Shown piece by piece: positions 8,204 through 8,724 of a DNA stretch of 8,724 bases. This DNA is from Octopus sinensis (lineage: Eukaryota). Both the position numbers and the translations under genes were made by a program. Within the stretch, counting starts at the first letter, position 1; every line of letters begins with the position of its first letter. The notes below the pieces were generated by a model, which was not told the origin of the DNA, did no database searches, and worked only from the letters and a program-made list of their open reading frames with translations. The stretch spans positions 1 through 8,724 of the forward strand of contig NW_021828361.1 in assembly GCF_006345805.1 (NCBI RefSeq), written 5' to 3'.

Positions 8204-8416
8204 CGGAGATGTACTTGCATAGCAAGTGACTGATCTGAGATCGTGTGCTGTTCAATGACTAGACTTCGTGCAGCACGAAGTTTTGTCAGTGAACAGGTCG
8301 CGGTCTCAAAGCGACGAAAATATTTTGACAAATTAAATTTAAATGTTGAAGTGAATCTAACGGTTTTCGCGTGTTTCTTAAATGGCTTATAAACATTTTC
8401 CACGCTGCAATTGTTT
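8204..8416. mobile_element. Second (AT)n-embedded hammerhead-bearing mini-element with a head-to-head inverted junction centred on 8272
   Basis: Inverted arms 8248-8271 and 8273-8296 (21/24 complementary, 1-nt spacer), hammerhead at 8282-8332, TA repeats on both flanks. Confidence 0.6.
8282..8332 (+). ncRNA. Minimal type I hammerhead ribozyme variant with G3:C8 core and palindromic stem III (predicted cut 8325/8326)
   Basis: Stem I UUUGUCA(8282-88)/UGACAAA(8326-32); core GUGAACA(8289-95) plus an extra G8296; stem II GUCGC(8297-8301)/GCGAC(8311-15); GAA(8316-18); self-complementary AAUAUU(8319-24); H17 = U8325. Confidence 0.7.
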
Positions 8417-8662
8417 ATATATATATCGTTGTTTGAAACGATATAAAATGTATTAAAACTCTTTTAAATTTTAACATCTTCACTCTTCCATTAAAAAAAA
8501 TTTTTTTTGAGTTTTATGGGATACCTTTCCATAAACTCTCATAACACACTATTTGTATATCCGCAAACTTACGCTAGAAAGCTACCAGCAAAGTATGAAG
8601 AATCTTTATTAGAAATCGTTTTTGGAATCCTCCAAATTAAAGGACGAAATATAATTCAGCAT

Positions 8663-8665
<3 letters not shown>

Positions 8666-8699
<34 letters not shown>

Positions 8700-8711
8700 C
8701 GCGCGCGCGCG
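8666..8711. repeat. (CA)16 followed by (GC)6
   Basis: Directly visible alternating purine-pyrimidine tract. Confidence 0.95.
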
Positions 8712-8724
8712 TATACACAGTCAC

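Noticed and set aside
427-8403. All ORFs in the supplied six-frame track
   Set aside because: They translate microsatellites (YI, HT, CV, poly-T/V/G/P) or SINE/TE remnants, with no recognisable domain or coding-like composition.
8628-8660. TCCT..AGGAC-GAAA-TATA resembling hammerhead stem II/GAAA/palindrome
   Set aside because: No upstream core, no stem I and no properly placed UH.
1-8724. CRISPR array or prokaryotic/phage features
   Set aside because: No repeat-spacer periodicity, operons or gene-dense coding; the sequence is typical animal repetitive DNA.

Overview
This is AT-rich, microsatellite-saturated eukaryotic non-coding DNA (intronic or intergenic). The repeat families look like those of Octopus/coleoid cephalopods; that is recognition from memory, not a database result. 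No credible protein-coding exon is present, and the listed ORFs are by-products of (TA)n/(CA)n/(CAC)n repeats or TE remnants. About half of the window is simple repeat. The rest holds several copies or fragments of a tRNA-derived CORE-type SINE (one full-length, one with a tandemly duplicated head, two orphan tails), two other tRNA-SINE pieces on the minus strand, and an isolated 37-bp-stem hairpin with pri-miRNA-like geometry (6475-6555). The most notable content is in the 7.5-8.4 kb cluster: two sequence-unrelated, (AT)n-embedded mini-elements that each carry a type I hammerhead ribozyme fold and each have a head-to-head palindromic junction immediately 5' of the ribozyme. This architecture resembles Penelope-like element (PLE) pseudo-LTRs with an inverted partial copy. 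One hammerhead has the compensatory G3:C8 core (GUGAACA instead of CUGANGA).
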